Translations under genes and position numbers: made by a program | The notes under the pieces: model-generated | Seen by the model: only the letters and a program-made list of their open reading frames with translations | What the model was told of the DNA's origin: nothing | The model's database searches: none | Source of the DNA: Polyangiales bacterium | Lineage (GTDB): Bacteria > Myxococcota_A > Polyangia > Polyangiales > Ga0077539 | Length of the DNA: 64,000 bases | NCBI GenBank assembly: GCA_044229975.1 | Contig: JBGARZ010000014.1 | Location: forward strand, 158,865 to 222,864 | Direction of reading: 5' to 3' | In this document: positions 46,555 to 56,008 of the stretch, one piece after another | Numbering within the stretch: position 1 is the stretch's first letter | How the letters are laid out: each line of letters opens with the position of its first letter

Positions 46555-48249
46555 ATGACCCCCGGCGCCGCCTCCACGCCCGACGCGAACGCCGTCGACG
46601 AGCTCGCCCGCTCGCTCCAGCTCCACCCCCTCGTGGCGCGCGTGCTCGTGGGTCGCGGGTTCACGCAGGCCGACGCCACGCGCTCGTACCTCTCGCCGCG
46701 CCTCGCCGAGCTCACGCGGCCCGACGGCATGGCCGACCGCGACGCCGCCGCCGAGCGCCTCGCGGACGCCGTTCGCAAGCGCGAGCGCGTCGTCGTCTTC
46801 GGTGACTACGACGTCGACGGGATCACCAGCGCCGCGCTGCTCACCCGCGCGCTGCGGGCGATGGGCGGCGACGTGTCGTGCCTCGTCGCGTCGCGCTTCG
46901 ACGGCGGCTACGGGCTCTCCGACGCCGCGCTCGACCGCGCGCTCGCCCTCAACCCCACGGTGCTCGTCACCTGCGACTGCGGAACCTCCGACCACCCGCG
47001 CCTCGAACGCGCCCGTCAGCGCGGCGTGGATGCGATCGTGGTCGACCACCACAAGGTCCCCGACGAGGCGCTGCCGGTGGTGGCCTTCCTCAACCCGCAC
47101 CGCGCCGACTGCCGCTTCCCGTACAAGTACATGGCGAGCGTGGGGCTCGCGTTTTCCATCGCGGCCGCCGTGCGCGCGAAGCTCGGCGCCACGCTCGACC
47201 TCCGCGAGTACCTCGACCTCGTCGCGCTCGGAACCATCGCCGACGTCATGCCCCTCACCGGCGACAACCGCACGCTCACCCGCCACGGCCTGGAGCGCAT
47301 CGCCGACGGCCACGGCGGCCCGGGCGTTCGCGCGCTGCTCGCCGAGTCGAAGCTCCGCTTTCGCCTCGTGGCGCGCGACGTGGCCTTCTCCCTCGCGCCG
47401 ATGCTCAACGCGCCCGGACGCCTCGGGCCCGCGACCCCGACGCTCGAGCTCCTCCTCAGCGAAAACGACCGCGACGCCCAGCCCCGCGCGCTCGCGCTCG
47501 CCGAGGCCAACGTCCGCCGCCGCGAGATCTCCGCGCAGCTCGTCGACACCGCCATCGCGCAGGCGCAGTCACTCTATGGCGACCGCACCCCAGCGGGCGT
47601 GGTGGTGGCCGGCGACGGCTGGCACGCGGGCATGGGCGGCATCGTGGCCGGTCGCCTCGTCGAGCGACTGCAAGCCGCGGTGTGCGTCATCGCCGTCGAG
47701 GGCGATCTGGGCACTGGTTCTGTGCGCGCTCCCCGCGGCATCAAGCTCTACGACGCGGTGTACGCGTGCCGCGACCTGCTCGAAGGCTTCGGCGGCCACG
47801 ACGCCGCCGCGGGCGTTCGCATCCGCCCCGCGAAGATCGACGCCTTCCGCGCGGCCTTCGCCGAGGCCGTCGCGAACTCAGGAGGCGCCGTGGTCGCGAG
47901 CCGCTCGCCCGAGGCCGAGCTCACCGAGGCCGACCTCACCGCCACGCTCGCCCGCGACCTGCGCTCGCTCGAACCGACGGGCGAGGGCAACCCCGAGGCG
48001 CTCGTTCGCATCCGCGACGCGAGGCTCTCGGAGTCGCGACCCGTGGGCGAGCAGCACCTGCGTCTGTCCTTCGGCGTGGGGCGACGGATGGTCGCGGGCT
48101 TCTACCGCGACGGACTCGCGCTGCGGGCGCGTGGTGAGCTTCCGCCGGCGCAGTCGCGCGTCGACGTGGTGGGCGTGCTGCGCACCGATCCGTGGTCGGG
48201 GCCCGATGCGGTGCAGCTCGACGTGCAGACCGTCACACCGGCGCGGTGA
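46555..48249 (+). CDS. recJ: Single-stranded-DNA-specific exonuclease RecJ
   Basis: FGDYDVDG, TCDCG, DHH, GTIAD, NAPGRL, GSVRA, FGGH. Confidence 0.93.
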   Translation: MTPGAASTPDANAVDELARSLQLHPLVARVLVGRGFTQADATRSYLSPRLAELTRPDGMADRDAAAERLADAVRKRERVVVFGDYDVDGITSAALLTRALRAMGGDVSCLVASRFDGGYGLSDAALDRALALNPTVLVTCDCGTSDHPRLERARQRGVDAIVVDHHKVPDEALPVVAFLNPHRADCRFPYKYMASVGLAFSIAAAVRAKLGATLDLREYLDLVALGTIADVMPLTGDNRTLTRHGLERIADGHGGPGVRALLAESKLRFRLVARDVAFSLAPMLNAPGRLGPATPTLELLLSENDRDAQPRALALAEANVRRREISAQLVDTAIAQAQSLYGDRTPAGVVVAGDGWHAGMGGIVAGRLVERLQAAVCVIAVEGDLGTGSVRAPRGIKLYDAVYACRDLLEGFGGHDAAAGVRIRPAKIDAFRAAFAEAVANSGGAVVASRSPEAELTEADLTATLARDLRSLEPTGEGNPEALVRIRDARLSESRPVGEQHLRLSFGVGRRMVAGFYRDGLALRARGELPPAQSRVDVVGVLRTDPWSGPDAVQLDVQTVTPAR

Positions 48250-48252
48250 TCT

Positions 48253-51200
48253 TCACGGCCGCAGGTCGACGGTCGGCAACCCGCGCGTGATGATCGCCTC
48301 GGCCAGCGCACGGTGCTCCAGCACCCCTTCGCGGCAGCGCTTCCTGCGCTCGTCGTCGTGGATGTTGGCGAGCATCGTGTTGACCCGCGACCACGCGCGC
48401 ACGAAGGCGTCGTCGGCCTCCGCGCGGCGGTTGAGCTTCGCCAGCACGTCGGCGTAGACCCACCGCGCAAACACATCGCCGTCCTCCAGCGTCACCCCCG
48501 CGTCGAGCAGCGCCACGGCCTCCTTCGCGTGCACGAGCGCGCCGTCTCCGTCGCGGTGCAGCAGCAGCAACCGGGCGTGCGCCGCGCGCAGGAGGCACCG
48601 CAGCGGAGCATCGCCCCGCGCTTCGTCGGCGGACATCGACAGCCAGCGCAGCGACGCTTCGGCGTCCGGGCGCCGCGGGTCGAAGCCCTCGATCCAGGCC
48701 GAGTACACCCGCGAACGAGCCGCGATGCGCGCGAGCCCGTGGCGCGTCGCGAGCGCCAGCGCGTTGCCCTCGACCCGCAGCGCCTCGGCCCCGTCGCCGC
48801 GGCGCGCGAGGGCCACCCCCAGGTGTTGCAACGCGATGGTCTCGTAGAGCGCCATGCCCAGCCGCCGGGCGTCGTCTCTCGCGCGCTCCAGCCGCTGCAC
48901 CGCGCGGGCGTGATCGCCCAGCCGCGTGAGCACCCGACCCTCCGCGATGGCCGCCTGGAACATCCGCGGCAGGTCGCCGTCTCGGGCCGCGCGATCGAGC
49001 GCCTGCTCGCACGCGTCGCGGGCCTCCTCCAGGCGTTGCAGCCCGAGCAGCGCGCCGCCCACCACGGCGTCGGCGAGCGAGCGGGCGGCGTCGCGGTCGG
49101 CGCTCGGGGTGCGGGCGTCGTTCATGGCGGCGTGGGCGAGGTCGAGCGCGTCGCGGGCGATGCCGCGCTGGTTCATCAGGTGCGCCTGGCGCAGCGTCGC
49201 CGACAGCCACAGCGCCGGCGGAACCTCCGCCTCCCCAGGGCCGCGCGCGATGGACGCCGCCCGCGCGCAGGCCACCTGCAACACCGCGAGCCCGGCGTCG
49301 ATGCGACCCTGGAGCGTCTGCCCGTTGGCCACGCACAGCGCGACCCGCAGCCGCTGCGCCGCCGTCGCGCCGGGGATCGACTCCGCCGCGCGTGCGTCGT
49401 CGAGCGCCGTCCCGCTGTCGGCCAGAGCAAACGACGCATCGGCTCGCACGCACAGGGTCTCGCGGCGCTCGTCGGGCGGCGGTGACCCGGCGAGGGCGCG
49501 CGTGGCGTGGTCGAGGGCGGCGTGGAAGGCCTGGTCACGCAGGGCGTCGCGGGCGGCGCGGAGCCACCAGACGCGGGCGAGGTCGGGCTGCGCGGCGAGG
49601 TCGTAGTGGCGGGCGACGAGGGCGGCGTCGGCGCGGTCGCGCGCGGCGAGCCACGGAGCCACGCGGGCGTGCAGGGCGCGGCGGTCGTCGTCGAGGAGCG
49701 TCGCGTACGCGGCATCGCGCACGAGGTCGTGGCGGAAGGTGTACTCGGCCGTCCCCTTCACACGAGACGAGGCGCGGGGGCTGACGAAGCCCTGTGCCGT
49801 GAGCGCGCGCAACGGTCGGTCGAGCTGTGACTCCGGGCTCACGCCCACCAACGCCGCGAGGCCCTCCCGCCAGAACACCGCACCAAACACGCTCGCCGCC
49901 CGCACGAGGCGTCGCGCTTCCGTGTCGAGTCCGTCGAGGCGGAGCTGCACGGCCGACAGGGCCGCGGTGGGAAGCTCCAGCGCAGGCGCGCGGCCGGGGT
50001 TGCGCGCGGCGGCGTCGCGCACGACGGCGAGGAGTTCTTCTAGGAAGAGGGGGTTGCCGCCGCAGCGGGCGACGAGGTCGGCGCGCAGTCGGGAGTCGTC
50101 GAGGCCGCCGAGGCCGCGCGCGGCGAGCGTGACGAGCACCGGGGCGGCGAGCGGCGGCAGCGGGACGTCGACGCGGTCGAGGGCGTGCCAGACGCGACCG
50201 AGGCGGGCGAGGGCCTCGGGCTCGGGGCGCGTGAGGGCGATCACCGCGAGGCGCGCGTCGGGCAGCGCGTCGAGGATGGAGGCGATGACGTCGAGCGTGG
50301 AGCCGTCGATCCACTGGGCGTCTTCGAGGAGCAGCAGCGCGGGGCCGTGCTGGTTGGTCGCGCGGATGAGGCCAAGCAGCGAACGCAGGAGGCCGTCGCG
50401 GAAGAGCTCGGGGTCGCGTCGCGCCGCGCGCATCACGCTGCCTTCGGCGCGCAATGGGACGCGCGCGATGTCGGCGAGGAAGCCCAGCGAGGTCTCGTCG
50501 AGGGCGCCGTCGACGAGGTGTTCGAGGCGGGCCCGCTGGGCCTCGGGGGAGGCGCCGTCTTGAATCCCCGCGCGCTCGCGCAGCGCCCGGCCGATGGCGC
50601 CGAGCGGGGTGTGGCTCGCGAGCAGATCGCCGCGCAGCGTGAGGAGCGGCGCGGCCCCGGGTTCGACGGCGTGGTCGTCGAGGAGGCGAGCGATGACGGC
50701 GCGGGCGAAGGTGGACTTCCCGATGCCGGGCTCACCCTGGACGAGCAGCAGCGTCGGACGGCGCTGGCTCCACGCGGTGCGGAGGTGGACCAGCGTGGTG
50801 GCGAGCGCCTCCTCGCGGCCGGGGAGCTCCCCGGGTTCGTAGAGGGTGGGGCGGGCGACGACGGACTGGAGGCGTTCGAGGTCGCGGCCGACGCGCAGTC
50901 CGCCGCGGGCAGCGTCGGTCTCGAAGCGCCCGCCGAGCAGCACCGAGGTCGCCGCGTCGATGACGAGCTCGCCTTCGCTGGTCGCGGCGAGCAGGGCCGC
51001 CGCGCGGGTGAGGGCGGGCCCGTCGAGCACGTCGCCGAGCCGTCGGGTGAGCCCGGTGACCACCACGGCGCGCAGCCCCTTGCCGCGCACCTCGACGGCC
51101 GCCCGCACCGCGCGCACGGCCTCGTCGCCGCGCAGCCGGTGGTCGCCAAACACCGCACGAACGCCGTGTCGTCCGTCGGTCTCGACGCTGGCGCCGCGCT

Positions 51201-52155
51201 CGGTGAGCAGAGCCGCCGCGTCGTCGAGGCGTCCGCGTGCGTTGTCGTGGGCCGCGCGGACGAGGGCCACCACGCGCACCCGCTGCTCGCTGCGCCCGAG
51301 CAGCGTCGCCTCAGGAACGCCATCGGGTCGTGTGGTCACCAGCTCCAGCACGGTGCTCACCTGCTCGACGAACTCCACCACGCCGACGGGGCGACGCGCG
51401 GGGTCCTTGGCGAGGGCGCGCTCCATGAGGGCGTCGAGCGCGGCAGGCAGGTCGGGGCGCAGCTCGCGCAGCCGCGGCGGCGCATCACGAACGATGCGCT
51501 GGAGCACAGTGCGTGTGTCGATCCCCTGGAAGGGTCGAAACCCCGTGAGCAGCTCGAAGAACACCACCGCGAGGGCATACAGATCCGACGCGGGGGAGGG
51601 CTCTTCGCCGCGGAGCTGCTCGGGCGCGATGTAGTAGGGGCTGCCGACGACGGTTCCGGCGCGGGTGAGCGCGAGGTCGCCGTCGCCCACGGCGATGCCG
51701 AGGTCGATGACCTTCACCACCGCTCCATCGGCGCCCGCGGAGAGGAAGAGGTTGGCGGGCTTCACGTCGCGGTGGATGACCCCGACGGCGTGCAGGGCGG
51801 CGAGGCCCATCGCGCTCTCCTGGAGCATGCGGAGGGACGACCAGTCGCCGGGGCGTTCGCGCTCCATGACGGCCTCCAGCGTCTCGCCCGCGAGCCACTC
51901 GGTGGCGAGGTAGAGGCGCCCCTCGCCGTCGACGCCGTGGGCGACGTAGGCGACCACGTTGGGGTGGTCGAGCTCGGACAGGATGCGGGCCTCGCGCTCG
52001 AAGCGGGCGCGGGCGACGGCGTCGTCGCGGTCGATGCGCAGGCGCTTGAGGGCGACCTCGCGGCCCGTGAGCTCGTCGAGCGCGCGGTAGACCTCCGCGG
52101 AGCCCCCGCTCGCGACGCGCTCGTCGAGACGAAACCGGCCGACCCTGTCGCTCAT
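48253..52155 (-). CDS. Ser/Thr kinase - degenerate cyclase - STAND AAA ATPase - TPR protein
   Basis: HRDVKPAN, DLG; GEPGIGKS Walker A, LLLEDAQW, GGNPLFLEE, YTFRHDLVR; TPR tail. Confidence 0.92.
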   Translation of the reverse strand: MSDRVGRFRLDERVASGGSAEVYRALDELTGREVALKRLRIDRDDAVARARFEREARILSELDHPNVVAYVAHGVDGEGRLYLATEWLAGETLEAVMERERPGDWSSLRMLQESAMGLAALHAVGVIHRDVKPANLFLSAGADGAVVKVIDLGIAVGDGDLALTRAGTVVGSPYYIAPEQLRGEEPSPASDLYALAVVFFELLTGFRPFQGIDTRTVLQRIVRDAPPRLRELRPDLPAALDALMERALAKDPARRPVGVVEFVEQVSTVLELVTTRPDGVPEATLLGRSEQRVRVVALVRAAHDNARGRLDDAAALLTERGASVETDGRHGVRAVFGDHRLRGDEAVRAVRAAVEVRGKGLRAVVVTGLTRRLGDVLDGPALTRAAALLAATSEGELVIDAATSVLLGGRFETDAARGGLRVGRDLERLQSVVARPTLYEPGELPGREEALATTLVHLRTAWSQRRPTLLLVQGEPGIGKSTFARAVIARLLDDHAVEPGAAPLLTLRGDLLASHTPLGAIGRALRERAGIQDGASPEAQRARLEHLVDGALDETSLGFLADIARVPLRAEGSVMRAARRDPELFRDGLLRSLLGLIRATNQHGPALLLLEDAQWIDGSTLDVIASILDALPDARLAVIALTRPEPEALARLGRVWHALDRVDVPLPPLAAPVLVTLAARGLGGLDDSRLRADLVARCGGNPLFLEELLAVVRDAAARNPGRAPALELPTAALSAVQLRLDGLDTEARRLVRAASVFGAVFWREGLAALVGVSPESQLDRPLRALTAQGFVSPRASSRVKGTAEYTFRHDLVRDAAYATLLDDDRRALHARVAPWLAARDRADAALVARHYDLAAQPDLARVWWLRAARDALRDQAFHAALDHATRALAGSPPPDERRETLCVRADASFALADSGTALDDARAAESIPGATAAQRLRVALCVANGQTLQGRIDAGLAVLQVACARAASIARGPGEAEVPPALWLSATLRQAHLMNQRGIARDALDLAHAAMNDARTPSADRDAARSLADAVVGGALLGLQRLEEARDACEQALDRAARDGDLPRMFQAAIAEGRVLTRLGDHARAVQRLERARDDARRLGMALYETIALQHLGVALARRGDGAEALRVEGNALALATRHGLARIAARSRVYSAWIEGFDPRRPDAEASLRWLSMSADEARGDAPLRCLLRAAHARLLLLHRDGDGALVHAKEAVALLDAGVTLEDGDVFARWVYADVLAKLNRRAEADDAFVRAWSRVNTMLANIHDDERRKRCREGVLEHRALAEAIITRGLPTVDLRP

Positions 52156-52253
52156 GCTTGGGCCCTTCAGTGACTATCACGGTCCCGGCGGAAGCGAGGG
52201 CCTCTCGCCAGAAACTGGCGTGCCCGCTCCGGGCTCTGCTAACCGCGCAGCCC

Positions 52254-52772
52254 ATGCGCCGACTCGCCTGCTTCGTGGTGGCTGCGACGATGTGGATCTC
52301 CGCCGGGTGCGCCCACCCGCCGCGTCCCGCCTACTCCTTCGACGCCCAGCCCGGGGCGTGGGAGCTCGAGTCCCACGAGCAGCAGCGCGCCTTCAACGTC
52401 GAACGCTACAACCACGCCGTCCACGGCGAGCGGCTGGAGATGTTCGAGGTGCGAACGGCGGCGCCCGCCACGACGGCGGCGGCCTTCAACGCGCTGCCGC
52501 AGGGCCGCCGTGGACTTCCGCCGCTGGGTTCGCCGGGCGCGGTCGACCGGGCCATCGGCGACGAGGTGCTCGGCAGCACCGCGGGCTTCTGGGTGTCGCA
52601 GCACGGGCACGACGGCGACGGCGAGATGCAGGGGGCGATGTTCGTGGTGCCGCGGGGGAGGCGGTTCTTCGCGGTGCGGATGCACTCCAGCGAGGACGAG
52701 TTCGGGCAGCTCCAGGCGTGGGTGCGCGACATCGTGACGCGCAACGTGCGCTTCCCTGCCGCGACGCCGTGA
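52254..52772 (+). CDS. Putative lipoprotein
   Basis: MRRLACFVVAATMWISAGC lipobox. Confidence 0.75.
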   Translation: MRRLACFVVAATMWISAGCAHPPRPAYSFDAQPGAWELESHEQQRAFNVERYNHAVHGERLEMFEVRTAAPATTAAAFNALPQGRRGLPPLGSPGAVDRAIGDEVLGSTAGFWVSQHGHDGDGEMQGAMFVVPRGRRFFAVRMHSSEDEFGQLQAWVRDIVTRNVRFPAATP

Positions 52773-52815
52773 AGCGGTCGCGCTCGGGGCCCGACTTGCG
52801 GTAGTCACCGCGGCC

Positions 52816-53988
52816 ATGACCTCCGTCGAGCTCCGCCTCCGCAAGCCCGTCGAGCGCGCCATCGCCGGCGGCCACCCCTGGATCTACCGCGACGCCCTCC
52901 ACCCCTTCGAGGCCCCTGCCGGGTCCATCGCCACGGTGCGCGACGGCGGTGGGCGCTTCGTCGCGCGCGGCCTCGTCGACGGCGACGCCATCGGCGTGCG
53001 CGTCTTCACCACGCGCGACGAAGCCCTCTCCCGCGACCTCATCGCGCTGCGCTTCAACCGGGCGCTGGAGCTGCGGCGCAAGGTGGTTCCGCCCGAGACC
53101 AACGCGTGGCGGGCGCTGCACGGGGAGGGCGACCGGCTGCCGGGCTTCGTGTGCGACCTCTACGGCGACGCGGCGGTGCTCAAGCTCGACGGGCCCGGCG
53201 CCGAGGCGCAGTGGCCCCTGGTGCGCGAGGCGATGCGCGAGGGCATGGCAGCGCTGGGCGTGACGACGTTGATCCTGCGACGACGGTCGCCCGATGGTGC
53301 GAAGGTGGAGGTCATCGACGGCGAGCTCACCAGCGACGTGCGCGACGTGATGGAGCGGGGAATGGTGCTGCGCGCCGACCTGCGCCACGGGCAGAAGACG
53401 GGGCTCTTCCTCGACCAGCGGGAGTCGCGCCATCGGGTGCGCAGCATCGCCGCCGGGTTGAGGGTGCTCAACCTCTACTCGTACACGGGCGGGTTCTCGG
53501 TGGCGGCGGGCCTGGGCGGGGCGAAGGCCGTGACGAGCGTGGACGTGGCGCCGGGGGCCATCGCGTTTGCGAACGAGACCTGGGCGGCCAACGGGCTCGA
53601 CGCTGGGGCGCACGAGGGCGTGGTGGCAGACGTTCCGGCGTGGTTGCAGGAGGCGACGCGGGCGCGGCGGAGGTTCGATCTGGTCATCGCCGACCCGCCG
53701 AGCTTTGCGCCGAACGACGCGTCGGTTCCGATGGCGATGAAGAGCTATCGGGCGCTGCACGCGGCGTGTCTCGCGCTGGTGTCGCCGGGCGGGTGGTACC
53801 TCGCCGGGAGCTGCTCCAGCCACGTGACGCGGGAGATGTTCGTGGACTCGCTGGAGGAGAGCGCGTCGAAGGGGGCGAAGGTGCTCCAGGTGGTCGACGT
53901 GTGGGGTGCGCCGGGCGATCACCCGCGGCTGCTCGCCTTCCCCGAGGGGGACTACCTGAAGAACGTGTTGATGCGCGTGACGGACTGA
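52816..53988 (+). CDS. rlmI: Class I SAM-dependent rRNA methyltransferase, RlmI family
   Basis: GHPWIY PUA-like start, GQKTGLFLDQR, LNLYSYTGGF, DPPSF, SCS, YLK. Confidence 0.85.
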   Translation: MTSVELRLRKPVERAIAGGHPWIYRDALHPFEAPAGSIATVRDGGGRFVARGLVDGDAIGVRVFTTRDEALSRDLIALRFNRALELRRKVVPPETNAWRALHGEGDRLPGFVCDLYGDAAVLKLDGPGAEAQWPLVREAMREGMAALGVTTLILRRRSPDGAKVEVIDGELTSDVRDVMERGMVLRADLRHGQKTGLFLDQRESRHRVRSIAAGLRVLNLYSYTGGFSVAAGLGGAKAVTSVDVAPGAIAFANETWAANGLDAGAHEGVVADVPAWLQEATRARRRFDLVIADPPSFAPNDASVPMAMKSYRALHAACLALVSPGGWYLAGSCSSHVTREMFVDSLEESASKGAKVLQVVDVWGAPGDHPRLLAFPEGDYLKNVLMRVTD

Positions 53989-54021
53989 CGTCGGCGGGAG
54001 TTCGGCCGAGCGCTAGGTCCG

Positions 54022-54097
54022 GAGAGCACCCGCCCACGCCCGCGGTCGACGGCCTTACCCGAAGGGACGCGACCGCGCGGCCCGCGGTCGACGGCCT
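54022..54097 (+). repeat. Left REP-like repeat block (one full and one partial unit)
   Basis: CCCGCGGTCGACGGCCTTACCCGAAGGGACGCGACCG; reverse complement of the right block. Confidence 0.9.
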
Positions 54098-54587
54098 AAC
54101 GCGACGAGTGGCGCTCGACGTATTCGATCGCGCACCGGAGGTGGGCGTAGCTGGTGACGGCGACGAAGTAGTCGCTCTCCGACCAGAAGCGCGCGCCCGG
54201 CGGGCGAAGGTTCCGCACGAGAAGATCGTGGAGGGTGTGTTCCCGCATCCGAGCGAACACGTCGACCCCCGAGAGAGCCGCTTGGACGACCGCGTGGAGG
54301 TGGGTCGGATCTGCGCCGACCGCGTAGAGCCGCCAACCTTCCCGCGCGCCGAGGGCCTCGATCGACTCGACGAGGGCTTCGACGACGGACGCGCTGAGTA
54401 CCACCGTCGGGTCGCGCTGGATCTCTCGGGCTCGCGCACGAAGGATCGGCGACGGCGGTCGCGGCGGCCCGGAGGGATCGTCTCCTTTGCGGTGCCACCC
54501 GCGGGAGTCGCCGGGAAGCCACGTCCCGTACGCTCGGAGTCGGACGTGGTACGCGAGCGGGAACGAACGAATGCCGGTGGACGCCAT
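54096..54587 (-). CDS. REP-associated tyrosine transposase (RAYT)-like HUH Y1 nuclease
   Basis: YHV...AYGTWLPGDSRG, PTHLHAVV (HUH), FW, AIEYV (catalytic Tyr). Confidence 0.82.
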   Translation of the reverse strand: MASTGIRSFPLAYHVRLRAYGTWLPGDSRGWHRKGDDPSGPPRPPSPILRARAREIQRDPTVVLSASVVEALVESIEALGAREGWRLYAVGADPTHLHAVVQAALSGVDVFARMREHTLHDLLVRNLRPPGARFWSESDYFVAVTSYAHLRCAIEYVERHSSR

Positions 54588-54660
54588 GGGTCCTGATCGT
54601 CGGAACGGAACTTCGGGTTGCGTCTCGACGATCGCCAAGAGGCGCCGCTCGCCGCGAAGC

Positions 54661-54760
54661 GCGCGGTCGCGTCCCTCCGGGTAAGGCCGTCGACCGCGGG
54701 CCTCGCCGGTCGCGTCCCTCCGGGTAAGGCCGTCGACCGCGGGCGTGGGCGGGCGCTCTC
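54661..54760 (-). repeat. Right REP-like repeat block (two full units)
   Basis: CGGTCGCGTCCCTCCGGGTAAGGCCGTCGACCGCGGGC twice, then GTGGGCGGGCGCTCTC. Confidence 0.9.
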
Positions 54761-54828
54761 TCGGGGCGTCGCTCCCTCCGCTAGCACCACGGCCACCACT
54801 AGAAGTACGGTCCGCCCGCTCCGCCCCG

Positions 54829-55896
54829 ATGAACACCTCTCCGACACGCCTCCTCGCCGCCCTCCCGCTCGCTGCGTCCCTGCTCCTCTCCGCGAGCGCC
54901 GCCGCGGCGCAGCAGCCGTCGACCCCGCCGACGTCCATCGAGGAGCCCGAGACCGACGACACCCCCGTCCCCGACCCCGCGACGGCCGCCGCGCTCGCCG
55001 ACCGTCGCCCCATCACCGTCGTCCCGCTCCTGCCCGGCGGCGATGTCCTCGCCACTGGTCGTGGCGTCACCGTCACCGTCGCCGAGCTCTACGCCATCCT
55101 CAACGAGGCCACTCCACCCCTCCTGCGCCGCTACGCCCAGAGCCCCGCCGCGCTCCAGGCCGTCGTCGATCGCCTCGTCAGCGACCGCCTCCTCGCCGCC
55201 GAGGCCCGCCGCCTCGGGCTCGACCGCGACGCCGTCGTCGTCGCCGCCCTCGAACGCGCGCTCGTCTCCCGCCTCCGCGCCACCGTCCTCAGCCCCCGCG
55301 CGGGCGGAACCGATGCTGTCACCGACGACGACATCCGCCGCTGGTACGACGCCCATCCCGACCGCTTCCACATCCCCGAGCGACGACGCGCGCGCGCCAT
55401 CTTCCTCACCGACCGCGCCGAGGCCCAGCGCGTGTTGCGCCTCGCGCTCCAGCGACGCGGCCGTCGACACCGCAACGATTTCAGGGTGCTCGCCGCGCAG
55501 CACAACGCCGCGCCCGATCTGCGCGCCACCCGCGGTGAGCTCCATGAGGTCGCCCGCGGCCCGTGGAGCTACGCGGTGCAGGTGGACGAGTCCGTTCGTG
55601 AGGCGCTCTTCTCGGTGAGCCACGAGGGCGACGTCGTCGGCCGCGTCGTCGAGGGCTCGTGGCTCGGAACCCCCGGCTTCTTCGTGCTCCGCTACGTGGC
55701 GCGGCGGGCGGCCATCGAGCGCTCGCTCGACGACTCGCGCGAGTGGGTGCGCCACCGCATCGTGCTCGAGCGCCGCGTCGCCGCCGAGCAGGCGGAGGTC
55801 GAACGTCTCGCCACCGAGGCGCATCTCACCCGACTGCCGGTCGACCGCGCGGTGCGGTTGGATCCGGCACCGATGGCGACTCCGGCCCCCCGCTGA
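54829..55896 (+). CDS. Secreted PpiC/parvulin-type foldase-like protein
   Basis: Signal peptide; LLAAEARRLGLD, VTDDDIRRWY...PERRRARAI, RGEL. Confidence 0.78.
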   Translation: MNTSPTRLLAALPLAASLLLSASAAAAQQPSTPPTSIEEPETDDTPVPDPATAAALADRRPITVVPLLPGGDVLATGRGVTVTVAELYAILNEATPPLLRRYAQSPAALQAVVDRLVSDRLLAAEARRLGLDRDAVVVAALERALVSRLRATVLSPRAGGTDAVTDDDIRRWYDAHPDRFHIPERRRARAIFLTDRAEAQRVLRLALQRRGRRHRNDFRVLAAQHNAAPDLRATRGELHEVARGPWSYAVQVDESVREALFSVSHEGDVVGRVVEGSWLGTPGFFVLRYVARRAAIERSLDDSREWVRHRIVLERRVAAEQAEVERLATEAHLTRLPVDRAVRLDPAPMATPAPR

Positions 55897-55919
55897 AAGT
55901 GACCCGCGCGCGGCGCGGA

Positions 55920-55948
55920 TTGACACCCCGGCGGGCGACAGGTAAGCG
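55920..55948 (+). promoter_or_regulatory. Putative sigma70 promoter of metK
   Basis: TTGACA-17 nt-TAAGCG; perfect -35, weak -10. Confidence 0.45.
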
Positions 55949-56008
55949 CGTCGGCATCGGCGATCGTCGACGGTCGCCTCTTCTCCCTCCCTCATTCCAG
56001 GAACGATC

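Larger units (their letters stand above)
54022..54760 (-). mobile_element. RAYT/REP cassette between rlmI and the PPIase gene
   Basis: HUH gene bracketed by inverted repeat blocks. Confidence 0.75.

Noticed and set aside
55950..56008. SAM riboswitch in the metK leader
   Set aside because: Only a short palindrome GGCGATCGTCGACGGTCGCC; I could not recognise SAM-I/II/III consensus elements.
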